Positions 19,012-28,861 of a stretch of DNA of 64,000 bases are shown piece by piece. A program made the translations under genes and the position numbers. The stretch lies in the NCBI GenBank assembly GCA_039804105.1, contig JBDRZU010000001.1, forward strand, positions 128,001 to 192,000. The letters are read 5' to 3'. Within the stretch, counting starts at the first letter, position 1. Every line of letters starts with the position of its first letter. The notes below the pieces were generated by a model. That model searched no databases. It had not been told where the DNA came from and saw only the letters and a program-made list of their open reading frames with translations. The DNA is from a candidate division WOR-3 bacterium. GTDB lineage: Bacteria; Hydrothermota; 32-111.

Positions 19012-19816
19012 AATTCTTCTTATCTCTTTTGTGTTCATAAAGATTTTTTCATTTGAGAACAACAGTGATAAAAATTTTGATGATACTATAACTGTTTTCA
19101 ACAATCAATATTTTTCAGATGTTTTGAAAATTGCGGTTCCAACAATTGTTGTTGGAGGAGTTATTCTTATATCTCTTAACAAAGATTTGAGATGGTATTT
19201 TGCTGATCGATGGACAAGGTTCACAAGCCCAAACCATGCTGATCCTTCACAAGCAAGAGATTTTTACTTTAAACCATTGTCAGAAGAGATCGCACAGGAA
19301 ACACAGTGTGATAAAGGTGTTCATTTTATTTTTTCTTATCTTCCCGTTTTACCTCTTGCAACACTATTTGATAGATCTTATAACATTATGACAACAGGCA
19401 AAATTCCTAAAAAAATTTCAAATTGGTCTGTTATTCTTTCTTCTTCAGTTGTAGTAGGATTTGGAGTACTTGAAGAGTATATGGATGGTCATCAAAAAGG
19501 AGAGGGCTTTAGTGTTTATGATCTTACTGCAAACATTTTGGGAGTTTTTAACGCATTACTCAAACATTATGGATACCTTGAAAATGTAGCTTTTTATTGG
19601 TCTTTCAATAGAGAAATGTTTCGAAACTCAGAATATTATACAAAATGGCCATGGTGGATATATATGGCTGGATATGAATTTTATGTTAACATTGATATTT
19701 ATCCATTTATAGAAAAAAATCTTGTGAAAAAAGATAAAATGCTTTATAATCTTGTTGAAACTATAGGTTATTTACCTGATTTTAAAGGTTTTTGGGAATT
19801 AAGGTTTGAAAGATAA
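18962..19816 (+). CDS. YfiM/DUF2279-like membrane protein
   Basis: DKGVHF and EYMDG...GFSVYDLTANILG motifs. Start codon uncertain. Confidence 0.55.
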   Translation: MLIHKPLKKRFRDFIFKILLISFVFIKIFSFENNSDKNFDDTITVFNNQYFSDVLKIAVPTIVVGGVILISLNKDLRWYFADRWTRFTSPNHADPSQARDFYFKPLSEEIAQETQCDKGVHFIFSYLPVLPLATLFDRSYNIMTTGKIPKKISNWSVILSSSVVVGFGVLEEYMDGHQKGEGFSVYDLTANILGVFNALLKHYGYLENVAFYWSFNREMFRNSEYYTKWPWWIYMAGYEFYVNIDIYPFIEKNLVKKDKMLYNLVETIGYLPDFKGFWELRFER

Positions 19817-19831
19817 AATATAGGAGGATGG

Positions 19832-22534
19832 ATGAAAAAATTTGATTATCTTTTAGGAGTTCTACTCTTTATAATTGTTTTATCGGTTTATCTTTATACA
19901 GTAACTCCAACACTTCCATTCTGGGATTGTGGAGAATTTATTTCCTGCTCGTACTCGTTGGGTGTCCCCCATCCCCCAGGAACTCCTTTGATGATACTTC
20001 TTGGAAATATGATCATAAGAATACTATTTTTTGTGAAAGAAGTTGCCTTAAGGGTTAACCTTTTTTCTTCGATTTCAAGTGCACTCGCATCTGTTTTTCT
20101 TTTCTTTATAATATTAAAGGTCTTCAGAAGAATTGAAACTTTCAAAGATGAAAAATGGAATTATATTTCTGCTTTTTTCTCTTCTCTTTTTGCTTCCTTT
20201 ATATATTCATTCTGGCAATCAGCTGTTGAGGCGGAAGTTTATAACCCTGCTGTTTTAATGATACTGATTTCAATTTTCCTGTGTCTTGTTTGGTGGGATA
20301 AAATAGATGACAAAAATGATGATAGGTATGTGATGCTTGTAATCTATATAACTTTACTTTCTATAGGTATCCATATGCTTTCACTTCTCGCCTTACCTGC
20401 TGCTTTGATATTTTTTATTGTTGTTGCATGGAGAAAATATTATGATCTTTCTGTTTCGCTTATATCTTTTGGTGTATTGTTTTCGTTCCTTTATCTTGCT
20501 GTCACAAAAGAAAATTTGGTTCTGCTGATAGTTGGTTTATTCTTATCGATCATTACAGTTGTTCTCATAGATTCTTTCAATTCTCAAAGAAGGGTAAACT
20601 ATAAAAAAGTTTTCTCATACCTTGGAATATACACATTTTTAATTCTGATTGCAGTATCAACCTATGCTGTTTTGATAATAAGGGCGAAACAAAACCCTTA
20701 TATAAATATAGCAGCACCTGTGACGATGAGAGATCTGTGGGATGTTTTCAACAGAAAGCAGTACGGACCAATGAATCTTTTACCAAGAAAAACTGATTAT
20801 GGTATAGGAACGATTCCTGCATATATTGAGCAGATCAAAGTTTTTATAAGATATTATACCTGGCAATTTTCGCCAATATATAGGCCCGAAGAAGTTTTAA
20901 ATCCATCTGTCCTATTAAAAATTCTCTCATCACTTTTAGTTTCAATAACCACGATCATAGGGTTTTATGGTATATATGTTCACTATAAAAACGAGAAAAA
21001 AACCTTCATACTCATAGGTATAGTTTTACTTCTTCTTTCTTTTGGACTCATAACATATCTAAATCTGAAATATTCACCATCGGATCCGAATCCTCTACAT
21101 GTTGAGAAAGAGGTCAGAGAAAGGGATTATTTTTATGGCCCTTCCTATTTCTTATTTTTCTTTTTCTTCGCTTTTGGAATAAGAGAATTTTTTGAAAGAA
21201 CAAAAAACAGTAAAAATCGCATTAACTTTACATCAATATTTTTGATCATCTTTCTTGTTGTAATCTCTATTTCACCAATTTTTGCAAACATAAGGTCAAA
21301 TGCAAATAGGAGAAACAATTGGATTGCAGATGAATATGCGAAAAATATGCTTGATACACCAAGGGATAATGCTGTGATGTTTACAAATGGTGATAATGAT
21401 ACATATCCGCTCTGGTTTGAACAGGTTGTTAGAAATTATAGAACACTTGACCGAAAGAATCGTAAAGGTGTTATGGTATGTAACCTTTCACTTTTAAATA
21501 CTCCATGGTATATAAAACAGATGAAATCTTTTGGAGTTCCTATCAGTTTTACAGATGAAGAGATAGATAATCTTATGCCTGTCAGGATACCAAATGGAGA
21601 AATACTCTATGTTAGGGATCTTGCAATAAGAAATATGATTTGTACAACATCTGGAATAAAATGTACAAAAGATATTCTTTACTCAAGCACAGAGGAATTT
21701 AAAAAAAAGGTTCTTGATAATTACAAGGCCGATTCTATAGAAATATATTTTTCGGTTACAGTTTCAGATGATGCGAGAAATGCATACAAGCAGAATTCTG
21801 TTCTTGAAGGTTTAGCATACAGAATAGTTTCTACCGAAGAAGCAAAGAAATATCCTTATATGATAGATGTTGAAAGAACAAAACATAATATATATAACGT
21901 TTATAAATACAGATATATTCTTGATGAAAAAATTGTTAAAGATGATAACATAGATAGAATAATGACAAACTATGCTGCTGGATTTTTGCAGCTTGGAATA
22001 TACTATGCACAGATAGATTCACTTGAAAAATCAATTGAATATTTAAGAGAGGGCAGAAAATTTTATGTTTATGACAGAAACGCTGTTACCTTACAGATAA
22101 CAAGATTTCTTATGGATCTAGGGAAATATGAAGAGGCTGAGAAAGAGATAATATATGGTAAATCACTTGATAAAAAAGGAGAAAAGACACAGATATTCGA
22201 TTTTCTACTCGGACAGATATACTTGAAATTGAACGATTATCAAAAATCCTTGGAATTGTTCAAAAAGTATGTTGATTCTGATCCAAAAAATGCGATGTTT
22301 TTATCTGGTCTTATAAAAGTATATTATAAACAAGGGGATAATGCAAATTTTGAAAAGATCGTTCAGACTTTAAAAACCGATTTACAACTTCTCGGGAATA
22401 TCATAGGATTCTTTTATATGGAAAAAGAGGAACCTGAAATTTTAAACAGATTACTTGATCTATGGGATATTATAAAACCCGGTGATGAGCAGATACAGCA
22501 GATAAGAGAAGAGATAAAAACATGGGCGAAATAA
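19832..22534 (+). CDS. DUF2723 (TMEM260-like, GT-C fold) membrane glycosyltransferase with C-terminal TPRs
   Basis: WDCGEFI...LGVPHPPGTPL, AVEAEVY, RERDYF, FTNGDNDTYPLW. Many TM helices and TPR-like helices at the end. Confidence 0.85.
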   Translation: MKKFDYLLGVLLFIIVLSVYLYTVTPTLPFWDCGEFISCSYSLGVPHPPGTPLMILLGNMIIRILFFVKEVALRVNLFSSISSALASVFLFFIILKVFRRIETFKDEKWNYISAFFSSLFASFIYSFWQSAVEAEVYNPAVLMILISIFLCLVWWDKIDDKNDDRYVMLVIYITLLSIGIHMLSLLALPAALIFFIVVAWRKYYDLSVSLISFGVLFSFLYLAVTKENLVLLIVGLFLSIITVVLIDSFNSQRRVNYKKVFSYLGIYTFLILIAVSTYAVLIIRAKQNPYINIAAPVTMRDLWDVFNRKQYGPMNLLPRKTDYGIGTIPAYIEQIKVFIRYYTWQFSPIYRPEEVLNPSVLLKILSSLLVSITTIIGFYGIYVHYKNEKKTFILIGIVLLLLSFGLITYLNLKYSPSDPNPLHVEKEVRERDYFYGPSYFLFFFFFAFGIREFFERTKNSKNRINFTSIFLIIFLVVISISPIFANIRSNANRRNNWIADEYAKNMLDTPRDNAVMFTNGDNDTYPLWFEQVVRNYRTLDRKNRKGVMVCNLSLLNTPWYIKQMKSFGVPISFTDEEIDNLMPVRIPNGEILYVRDLAIRNMICTTSGIKCTKDILYSSTEEFKKKVLDNYKADSIEIYFSVTVSDDARNAYKQNSVLEGLAYRIVSTEEAKKYPYMIDVERTKHNIYNVYKYRYILDEKIVKDDNIDRIMTNYAAGFLQLGIYYAQIDSLEKSIEYLREGRKFYVYDRNAVTLQITRFLMDLGKYEEAEKEIIYGKSLDKKGEKTQIFDFLLGQIYLKLNDYQKSLELFKKYVDSDPKNAMFLSGLIKVYYKQGDNANFEKIVQTLKTDLQLLGNIIGFFYMEKEEPEILNRLLDLWDIIKPGDEQIQQIREEIKTWAK

Positions 22535-22565
22535 AAACACATTAACCTGTGAAAAGGTAAAATAT

Positions 22566-23399
22566 ATGCCATTTTTAGGTGCACACCTATCAGTTTCTGA
22601 AGGTTTTTTAAAAATGTTTAAAACCGCTGATATGATCAAATGTTCAGCGGTTCAAATATTTGCTAAAAATCAGAGAAGATGGGAAAGTAAATTTTTTGAT
22701 TTAGAGGAAATAGATGATTTCAAGAAGGGCTTCAATTCTTCTAATGTCAAATATGTGAATATTCACGCTTCTTACCTTTTAAACCTTGCATCAAAAGATA
22801 AAGAGATTTTCAAAAAGAGTATAGATAATCTAATTGATGATCTCAAAAGGGCAGAGAAACTAAAAATAGATGATGTTGTTTTCCATCCAGGTAACCATCT
22901 TGGTGAAGGGGAAGAATACGGGATAAAAAGAGTTGCAGAAGGACTTAATATTGTATGTGAAAAGACCGATTTTGGGAACATACTCCTTGAAACGACAGCA
23001 GGACAGGGGAGTTCGATAGGGTACAGATTCGAACATTTAAGAGATATAATTGCAAAAACAAAGTATGAAAAGAGGTTGTTTGTCTGTTATGATACATGTC
23101 ATACTTTTGAAGCAGGTTATGATATCAGAGAAAAGGATGTCTTTGAAAAAACATTTGAATCTTTTGATAGAATAATAGGCCTGAAAAAATTAAAATTGTT
23201 CCATTTAAACGATTCTAAATATGATCTCAATATGAAAAAGGATAGACATGAATTCATCGGAAAAGGATTTTTAGGATTAAAATCTTTTGAAATACTTTTG
23301 AAAGATAAAAGGTTTAAATATCATCCGATGATTCTTGAAGTCCCGGGTGATGTTTCAGATTATGAGCACGATTTAAAAATTTTGTATTCTCTGTTATGA
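22566..23399 (+). CDS. nfo: Endonuclease IV
   Basis: GAHLS, HASYLLNL, FHPG, LETTAGQG, DTCH, HLNDS and DRHE. Confidence 0.95.
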   Translation: MPFLGAHLSVSEGFLKMFKTADMIKCSAVQIFAKNQRRWESKFFDLEEIDDFKKGFNSSNVKYVNIHASYLLNLASKDKEIFKKSIDNLIDDLKRAEKLKIDDVVFHPGNHLGEGEEYGIKRVAEGLNIVCEKTDFGNILLETTAGQGSSIGYRFEHLRDIIAKTKYEKRLFVCYDTCHTFEAGYDIREKDVFEKTFESFDRIIGLKKLKLFHLNDSKYDLNMKKDRHEFIGKGFLGLKSFEILLKDKRFKYHPMILEVPGDVSDYEHDLKILYSLL

Positions 23400-26300
23400 A
23401 AGTTTTAAAGATTTTTCTTCCAATTCTAATCTTCATATATATTTTTTCTCAGGATGTATTGAATCTTGAAAAAAAATTTCTTGAATACAAAAAGGAATTT
23501 GATGGATATAAACAGTTGATTGAATTTGATGAGGTCAATAACCTTGTTATTTTCAAAAGTTTCTATAAAGATTATTTTTTAGGAATAGATTCGCTAAAAA
23601 CAAAAGAGATCTATTTCGCACAGAAAAATGAAAAGATGATCAGAGAAATGTTGACTGCGAATTTCAAAGAATCGTTTAGAACTTCAACTTCAACTGGTCT
23701 TATAGGTGATATAGACATCCCTATAACTTTTGGTAAGATGAAATCATTTTTTGGTGAAGGTGGAAAACTCGTTGTGGAAGGTTCCGAAAGGATAGATTAT
23801 TCGGGTAGTAAAACTTTTGACCTTACTGCTATTGAAAAAGGAACCGCTAATATTTCGTGGATTCCTGAGTTTATGCTTAAACAACAACTTATAGTCAATG
23901 TGACTGGGAGTGTCGGAGACAGGATAAAAGTTAATCTGAAACATAATAGTGAAACTGAAAAAAAATCTGACAATACTGTTGTTCTTGAATACAAAGGACT
24001 TGATGATGATATAATACAAACAGTTCAAGCTGGAGATGTATCTTTGACTTTACCGGGTATAAAACTTATCGGTGGGACACCTCAACACAAAGGACTTTTT
24101 GGAATAAAGGGAAGTGGACAACTTGGGGGGGTGAATTTTACTTTTGTAGCTTCAAAAGAATCTGGAGAGAATGAACAGAAACAGTTTGTCGGAAATACGA
24201 GTGTTGATTCTATAAGAATATATGATATCGATTATCAAAAAAATAGATTTTTTCTTTTAGGTCTTTCGTCCTCAGATTCTATAATACTTCTGAATGTGTA
24301 TAAAGATGATGGTATTGGTACAAATAATGATGAAGAGGGAGTATTGCCGGCAAAGTTATACTTGAATCCTTCAACGAGAGATTCACTTTTTTTTGTGGGT
24401 AATTTTTCTTTGATGATTCCTGGTGAGGATAAGGATTACATTTATTATAAGAATGGACAGTTCATAGAATTCACTTCTACACTTGCATCTTCAGAAGTGA
24501 TTGGAATATCATATATTGTTAAAAGATCTAATGGCCGAATCGATACTGTTGGAAATTTTGGATATGTTGATACACTGGTCTTAAAAATAATAAAACAGAA
24601 GGACGACTATCCTTTTTCTCCAACATGGGAATATATGATGAAAAATGTTTATTCTTTCAACTCTAAAAACATCATTCCAGAAAGTTTTAAACTTTCGATA
24701 AAAAAGGTTAATACAGGATCAGGAGAGGATTATGAGTTACAGGGGAATACAACCTATCTCAAACTTTTGGGACTTGATCAGAACAATGACGGAAAGATTG
24801 ATCTTAACTATGTAGATTTCAATAGAGGTTTTTTGATTTTTCCAACTCTTTATCCTTTTGATTCTGATAGTTTGATAGATAAGGATTCTATTATTTACTG
24901 GACAATAGAAAGTGGAACTTCCGTTGGAAGAAAATATTATCTTGATATAAAATATAGTGGTAGTCAATCTGTGTATTCGTTGGGCACTTTTAACATAATC
25001 GAGGGTTCCGAAGTTGTCAGAGTTAATGGAGTGACTTTAACAAAAGATAAGGACTATACTATCGATTACGAATATGGAATAGTCAATTTTTTAACCGATG
25101 TTGTAAACTCTCCAAATGCACAGATAACAATAGATTATCAGTACTCACCATTTCTTTCTCTAACATCTAAAAATCTTTTGGGAATGCATTTAGATTATCA
25201 ACTTTCAGATAAACTTTTTGCAAATTCGAACTGGTTATACAACACTCTTTCATACAATCTTGAAGATTATCCCAAAATAGGAGAGGAACCACAGGAGATA
25301 CTTCTTGGAGAGGGAGATGTTTCATACAATGAAATTTTTTATTCTTTAAGTGATCTTGCGAACTTTTTACCATTCTATAATACTACTTCTCCCTCAAAGT
25401 TTTCAGTTGTTTCCAAAATGGCTCTCTCTAAACCTGAAAACAACAGTGCTAAAAAAGCTTCGATCGAAAATATGGAATCGGTTATTGTTTCAAATGATCT
25501 GTCTATAGATAGGAAATCATGGGTTTTTGGTTCTTTACCTTTTGGTTTTGATCCAAACAATCTATCTTACAAGTATTATTGGTATAATTCGATTGAACTT
25601 GTTGGTAATATAAATTCTTTGTTACCTGATGTAGAAAAAACAAAAGATGTTTCCGTGATGAAAATCTTTATGGATAACTCTGTTTCCTCTACGAACACAT
25701 TCATCTCTTTGAACCAACTCATTTCAAGAACGGGAATCGATCTTACAGACATGATGTTTTTAGAAGTTTGGGTTAAAGGTAATGAAGGGAAAGTTGTTTT
25801 AGAGGTCGGGAAAAATATTCCTGAAGATATGGTCAGAAGGAGAAAAGATAAAACTCTTGCCGGTCCTGATGGTATTTTACAAACTGAGGATAAAAACAAT
25901 GATGGAATCCTTGATGTAAATGAGGATACAGGTCTTGATGGTGTATATGGTTCTGATTCTTTAAATGTCCCAGGTGATGATGGTAATGATGATTATTATT
26001 ATTCTTTGTCCCAACAATATTACTATGACAAAATAAATGGAACCGAGAATAACAATCTTTTTGATACGGAGGATCTTGATAGAGATGGTTCTTTGAACAC
26101 GAGAGATGATTATTACAGGTTTACTATAAATTTAAACTCTGATGAAAACCTTGTTTACAAAAATCCGATCACAAACTGGAAACTTTATAGAATTCCAATA
26201 CAATCAAATTCAGTAGAAAAAATTGGAAATCCGGATCTTAAATATATTAAATATGCACGTCTTTACTGGTATGGAATTTCAGGAAATGATACACTCTCGA

Positions 26301-28816
26301 TATATCAAATTTCAATGATAACAAACAAGTGGAAAAGTAAAATTGTAAATGGTGATAGTTCCAAATTTTTCTTTGGAGCGAAAAACAATCAAACTGATCC
26401 CGATTACTACCCACCTTACAATCCAGGTGTTGATTTTAATGGTAAACCCAAAAGAGAACAGTCGATGGTTATCTATTGTAACAATTTTTATCACAACGAA
26501 TCTGGAAAAGTTTATAAAGTTTTACCAGTACGCGAAAGTTATGAAAGGTATCAAACACTCCAGTTTTACATCAGATCAACAAACTCTGATTCATTCAATT
26601 TCTATTTGAAATTTGGTGGTGATTCTTTAAATTATTATTTTATAAAGTATACTCCAACATCCAAATGGGATACTGTTACAGTTTTTCTTGATTCACTTGT
26701 GAATTTGAAAAAGAATAATCTTGATAAATCTTTTGCTGAGAAAGATATATATGGATTCTTTGGTTCTCCATCTTTAACAAATATTGGATATCTTGAACTG
26801 TATGTTCAAAATATTGGAAACGATTCTGAATCTACGGAAATTTGGATTGATGATATAATGGTGATTAACCCAAAGAATGAAATGGGTTATGCTGGAGATA
26901 TATCATCTAACCTTGAAATCCCTGAACTTTTAAATATTTCATTTTTAACTGGAATTAGAAATCCTTATTTTAAAACTATAAGTGACAAGTATGGTTCAGG
27001 AAATTTTAACAGCAATTATAGATTTTCTTTCTCATTAAATGGTGAAAAACTTTTGCCTGAATTTTTTGGAATCATTTCACCTGTAACTTTCTCCTATTCA
27101 AAATCGACTAACAGACCTGTGTACTATATTGGTTCAGATTACACTCTTACACAGGAAGAGATCAAAAGATTTTCAAATTTCACAACATCTTCAAATTTCA
27201 GTGCAAGTGTTAAGAGGTCAAATAATTTCACGAACAGATTTTTACATTATATTTTTGATATTCCTTCATTATCCTATACGAATTCATCATCTAATAATTT
27301 GACATATAATAGAACAGATTCGACAAAAACAAATTCTGTTTCTTCAAATTTTGGTTACAACTTTAACATTTTACCACTAAAAATTTTAAGAAATTTTGAA
27401 TTTTTTTATTTCCCATCCAATATTACTTATAACCTTTCCTATTCAACAAATGAAACAAAATCATTTTTGCTTGGAGAGAATGGTTTTGTGAATGTTGGAG
27501 GAAATTTTTTGAAGAATTTTAACAGATCCTTTTCAACAAGATACAAGATTTTCAGATCTCTCGAACTGAATTATTCGGATAGTAAAATACATGATCTTTT
27601 ACAGAAGAATAATGAATTCTTGGGATTTTTAGGAAAAAAAATTGGAGAGAACAATAGTATTAATATCAACTATAACCCCGTGTTTATAAGATATTTGACT
27701 CACTCGTTAAATATTACGACAAATTATTCTGAGAGAAACAACAGTAATCTTTATTCTCTTGATTCTTTATTTTCAACAGATCTTTCTCAAAACACAAGGT
27801 TATCCTTGAATGGAAACTTTGATTATGCAAAGATATTAAAACTTGTTACTCAACTCAGAGACGAATCAAAAGATTCTATCGCTTTGACTGGATCTCCTCA
27901 CTGGATTGCTATTTACTTTGAAAAATTTTTGAACAATTTTTCCGGTCTAAACTATTCGTTTTCTACGAATAGAACTTTATCTTTCAACTATGTTAAAGGA
28001 AATCCATCGTTCTTGTTTAAAGTAGGTGTTTTTGATAGTTTGCCATCCGATTACTTTTCTTCATATTCCCAGGTAAGAAACAACAATAACTATTCATATT
28101 CTTTTTCATCTGGTTTTTCGATATGGAATTTTGATGTCAGAGGTTCATATTCGTTTTCTTTTAACAGGAGTGCACAGAACCAGAATATAATTAAGGATAC
28201 GAATAAAAAGTGGCCAAACATCTCTTTAACATTATCTAATATTGAGCAGATAAAACCTCTTTATAAGTTTTTTAGATATTTGAATGCTTCAACAAGTGTT
28301 TCTAAAGGTGAAATATTCTCTTTTATGAATGATACAATTTTGAACAGAAACAGTAATTCTCTAGACTTTTATCCACTTATAGGGTTATCAGGTGCAACAT
28401 TTTTCAATTTGAATTTCAATTACAATTTTAACTATACAAATTCTGTTTCGAATTCTTATTCAGGGATTGAACTTTCGCGAGAAAATAAAACATATTCGAA
28501 CACTCTATCTTTCAACTATGCTTTTTCTTCACCATCGGGTATAAATATACCTATTATCAATAAAGTTCTAAAATTCAAATCAACTTTAAACACTGGAATA
28601 GATTTCTCTTATACGAAAGTTCAGGATCTTGACATTACCAACAACAATCTTGTCGAGGATAAAATCCTTTATGATATCAAACCTAGAGCGGATTACAATT
28701 TCACCAACAATGTATCAGGTGGTATTAACTTCACATTTTCAAGAAGTGAAGATAGAAAGAGGGGAGATAAGAGACAACTTATAAGTTTGGGGTTCTGGAC
28801 TCTGTTTAGATTTTAA
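23396..28816 (+). CDS. sprA: SprA-like type IX secretion outer-membrane translocon
   Basis: VTGSVGDRIKV...LEYKGLDDDIIQTVQAGDVSLTLP...GLFGIK, MMKNVYS, DYTIDYEYG, KIGEEP, TEDLDRDG. Amphipathic beta-strand C-terminal half ending in Phe. Confidence 0.85.
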   Translation: MKVLKIFLPILIFIYIFSQDVLNLEKKFLEYKKEFDGYKQLIEFDEVNNLVIFKSFYKDYFLGIDSLKTKEIYFAQKNEKMIREMLTANFKESFRTSTSTGLIGDIDIPITFGKMKSFFGEGGKLVVEGSERIDYSGSKTFDLTAIEKGTANISWIPEFMLKQQLIVNVTGSVGDRIKVNLKHNSETEKKSDNTVVLEYKGLDDDIIQTVQAGDVSLTLPGIKLIGGTPQHKGLFGIKGSGQLGGVNFTFVASKESGENEQKQFVGNTSVDSIRIYDIDYQKNRFFLLGLSSSDSIILLNVYKDDGIGTNNDEEGVLPAKLYLNPSTRDSLFFVGNFSLMIPGEDKDYIYYKNGQFIEFTSTLASSEVIGISYIVKRSNGRIDTVGNFGYVDTLVLKIIKQKDDYPFSPTWEYMMKNVYSFNSKNIIPESFKLSIKKVNTGSGEDYELQGNTTYLKLLGLDQNNDGKIDLNYVDFNRGFLIFPTLYPFDSDSLIDKDSIIYWTIESGTSVGRKYYLDIKYSGSQSVYSLGTFNIIEGSEVVRVNGVTLTKDKDYTIDYEYGIVNFLTDVVNSPNAQITIDYQYSPFLSLTSKNLLGMHLDYQLSDKLFANSNWLYNTLSYNLEDYPKIGEEPQEILLGEGDVSYNEIFYSLSDLANFLPFYNTTSPSKFSVVSKMALSKPENNSAKKASIENMESVIVSNDLSIDRKSWVFGSLPFGFDPNNLSYKYYWYNSIELVGNINSLLPDVEKTKDVSVMKIFMDNSVSSTNTFISLNQLISRTGIDLTDMMFLEVWVKGNEGKVVLEVGKNIPEDMVRRRKDKTLAGPDGILQTEDKNNDGILDVNEDTGLDGVYGSDSLNVPGDDGNDDYYYSLSQQYYYDKINGTENNNLFDTEDLDRDGSLNTRDDYYRFTINLNSDENLVYKNPITNWKLYRIPIQSNSVEKIGNPDLKYIKYARLYWYGISGNDTLSIYQISMITNKWKSKIVNGDSSKFFFGAKNNQTDPDYYPPYNPGVDFNGKPKREQSMVIYCNNFYHNESGKVYKVLPVRESYERYQTLQFYIRSTNSDSFNFYLKFGGDSLNYYFIKYTPTSKWDTVTVFLDSLVNLKKNNLDKSFAEKDIYGFFGSPSLTNIGYLELYVQNIGNDSESTEIWIDDIMVINPKNEMGYAGDISSNLEIPELLNISFLTGIRNPYFKTISDKYGSGNFNSNYRFSFSLNGEKLLPEFFGIISPVTFSYSKSTNRPVYYIGSDYTLTQEEIKRFSNFTTSSNFSASVKRSNNFTNRFLHYIFDIPSLSYTNSSSNNLTYNRTDSTKTNSVSSNFGYNFNILPLKILRNFEFFYFPSNITYNLSYSTNETKSFLLGENGFVNVGGNFLKNFNRSFSTRYKIFRSLELNYSDSKIHDLLQKNNEFLGFLGKKIGENNSININYNPVFIRYLTHSLNITTNYSERNNSNLYSLDSLFSTDLSQNTRLSLNGNFDYAKILKLVTQLRDESKDSIALTGSPHWIAIYFEKFLNNFSGLNYSFSTNRTLSFNYVKGNPSFLFKVGVFDSLPSDYFSSYSQVRNNNNYSYSFSSGFSIWNFDVRGSYSFSFNRSAQNQNIIKDTNKKWPNISLTLSNIEQIKPLYKFFRYLNASTSVSKGEIFSFMNDTILNRNSNSLDFYPLIGLSGATFFNLNFNYNFNYTNSVSNSYSGIELSRENKTYSNTLSFNYAFSSPSGINIPIINKVLKFKSTLNTGIDFSYTKVQDLDITNNNLVEDKILYDIKPRADYNFTNNVSGGINFTFSRSEDRKRGDKRQLISLGFWTLFRF

Positions 28817-28825
28817 TCTCTTCTA

Positions 28826-28854
28826 TTGTCTTTTCAACAAAAAAGTTTTATAAT
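28826..28854 (+). promoter_or_regulatory. Sigma70-type promoter for the kinase operon (probably leaderless)
   Basis: TTGTCT-N17-TATAAT with the ATG at 28862 7 nt downstream and no SD. Confidence 0.55.
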
Positions 28855-28861
28855 TATAATA

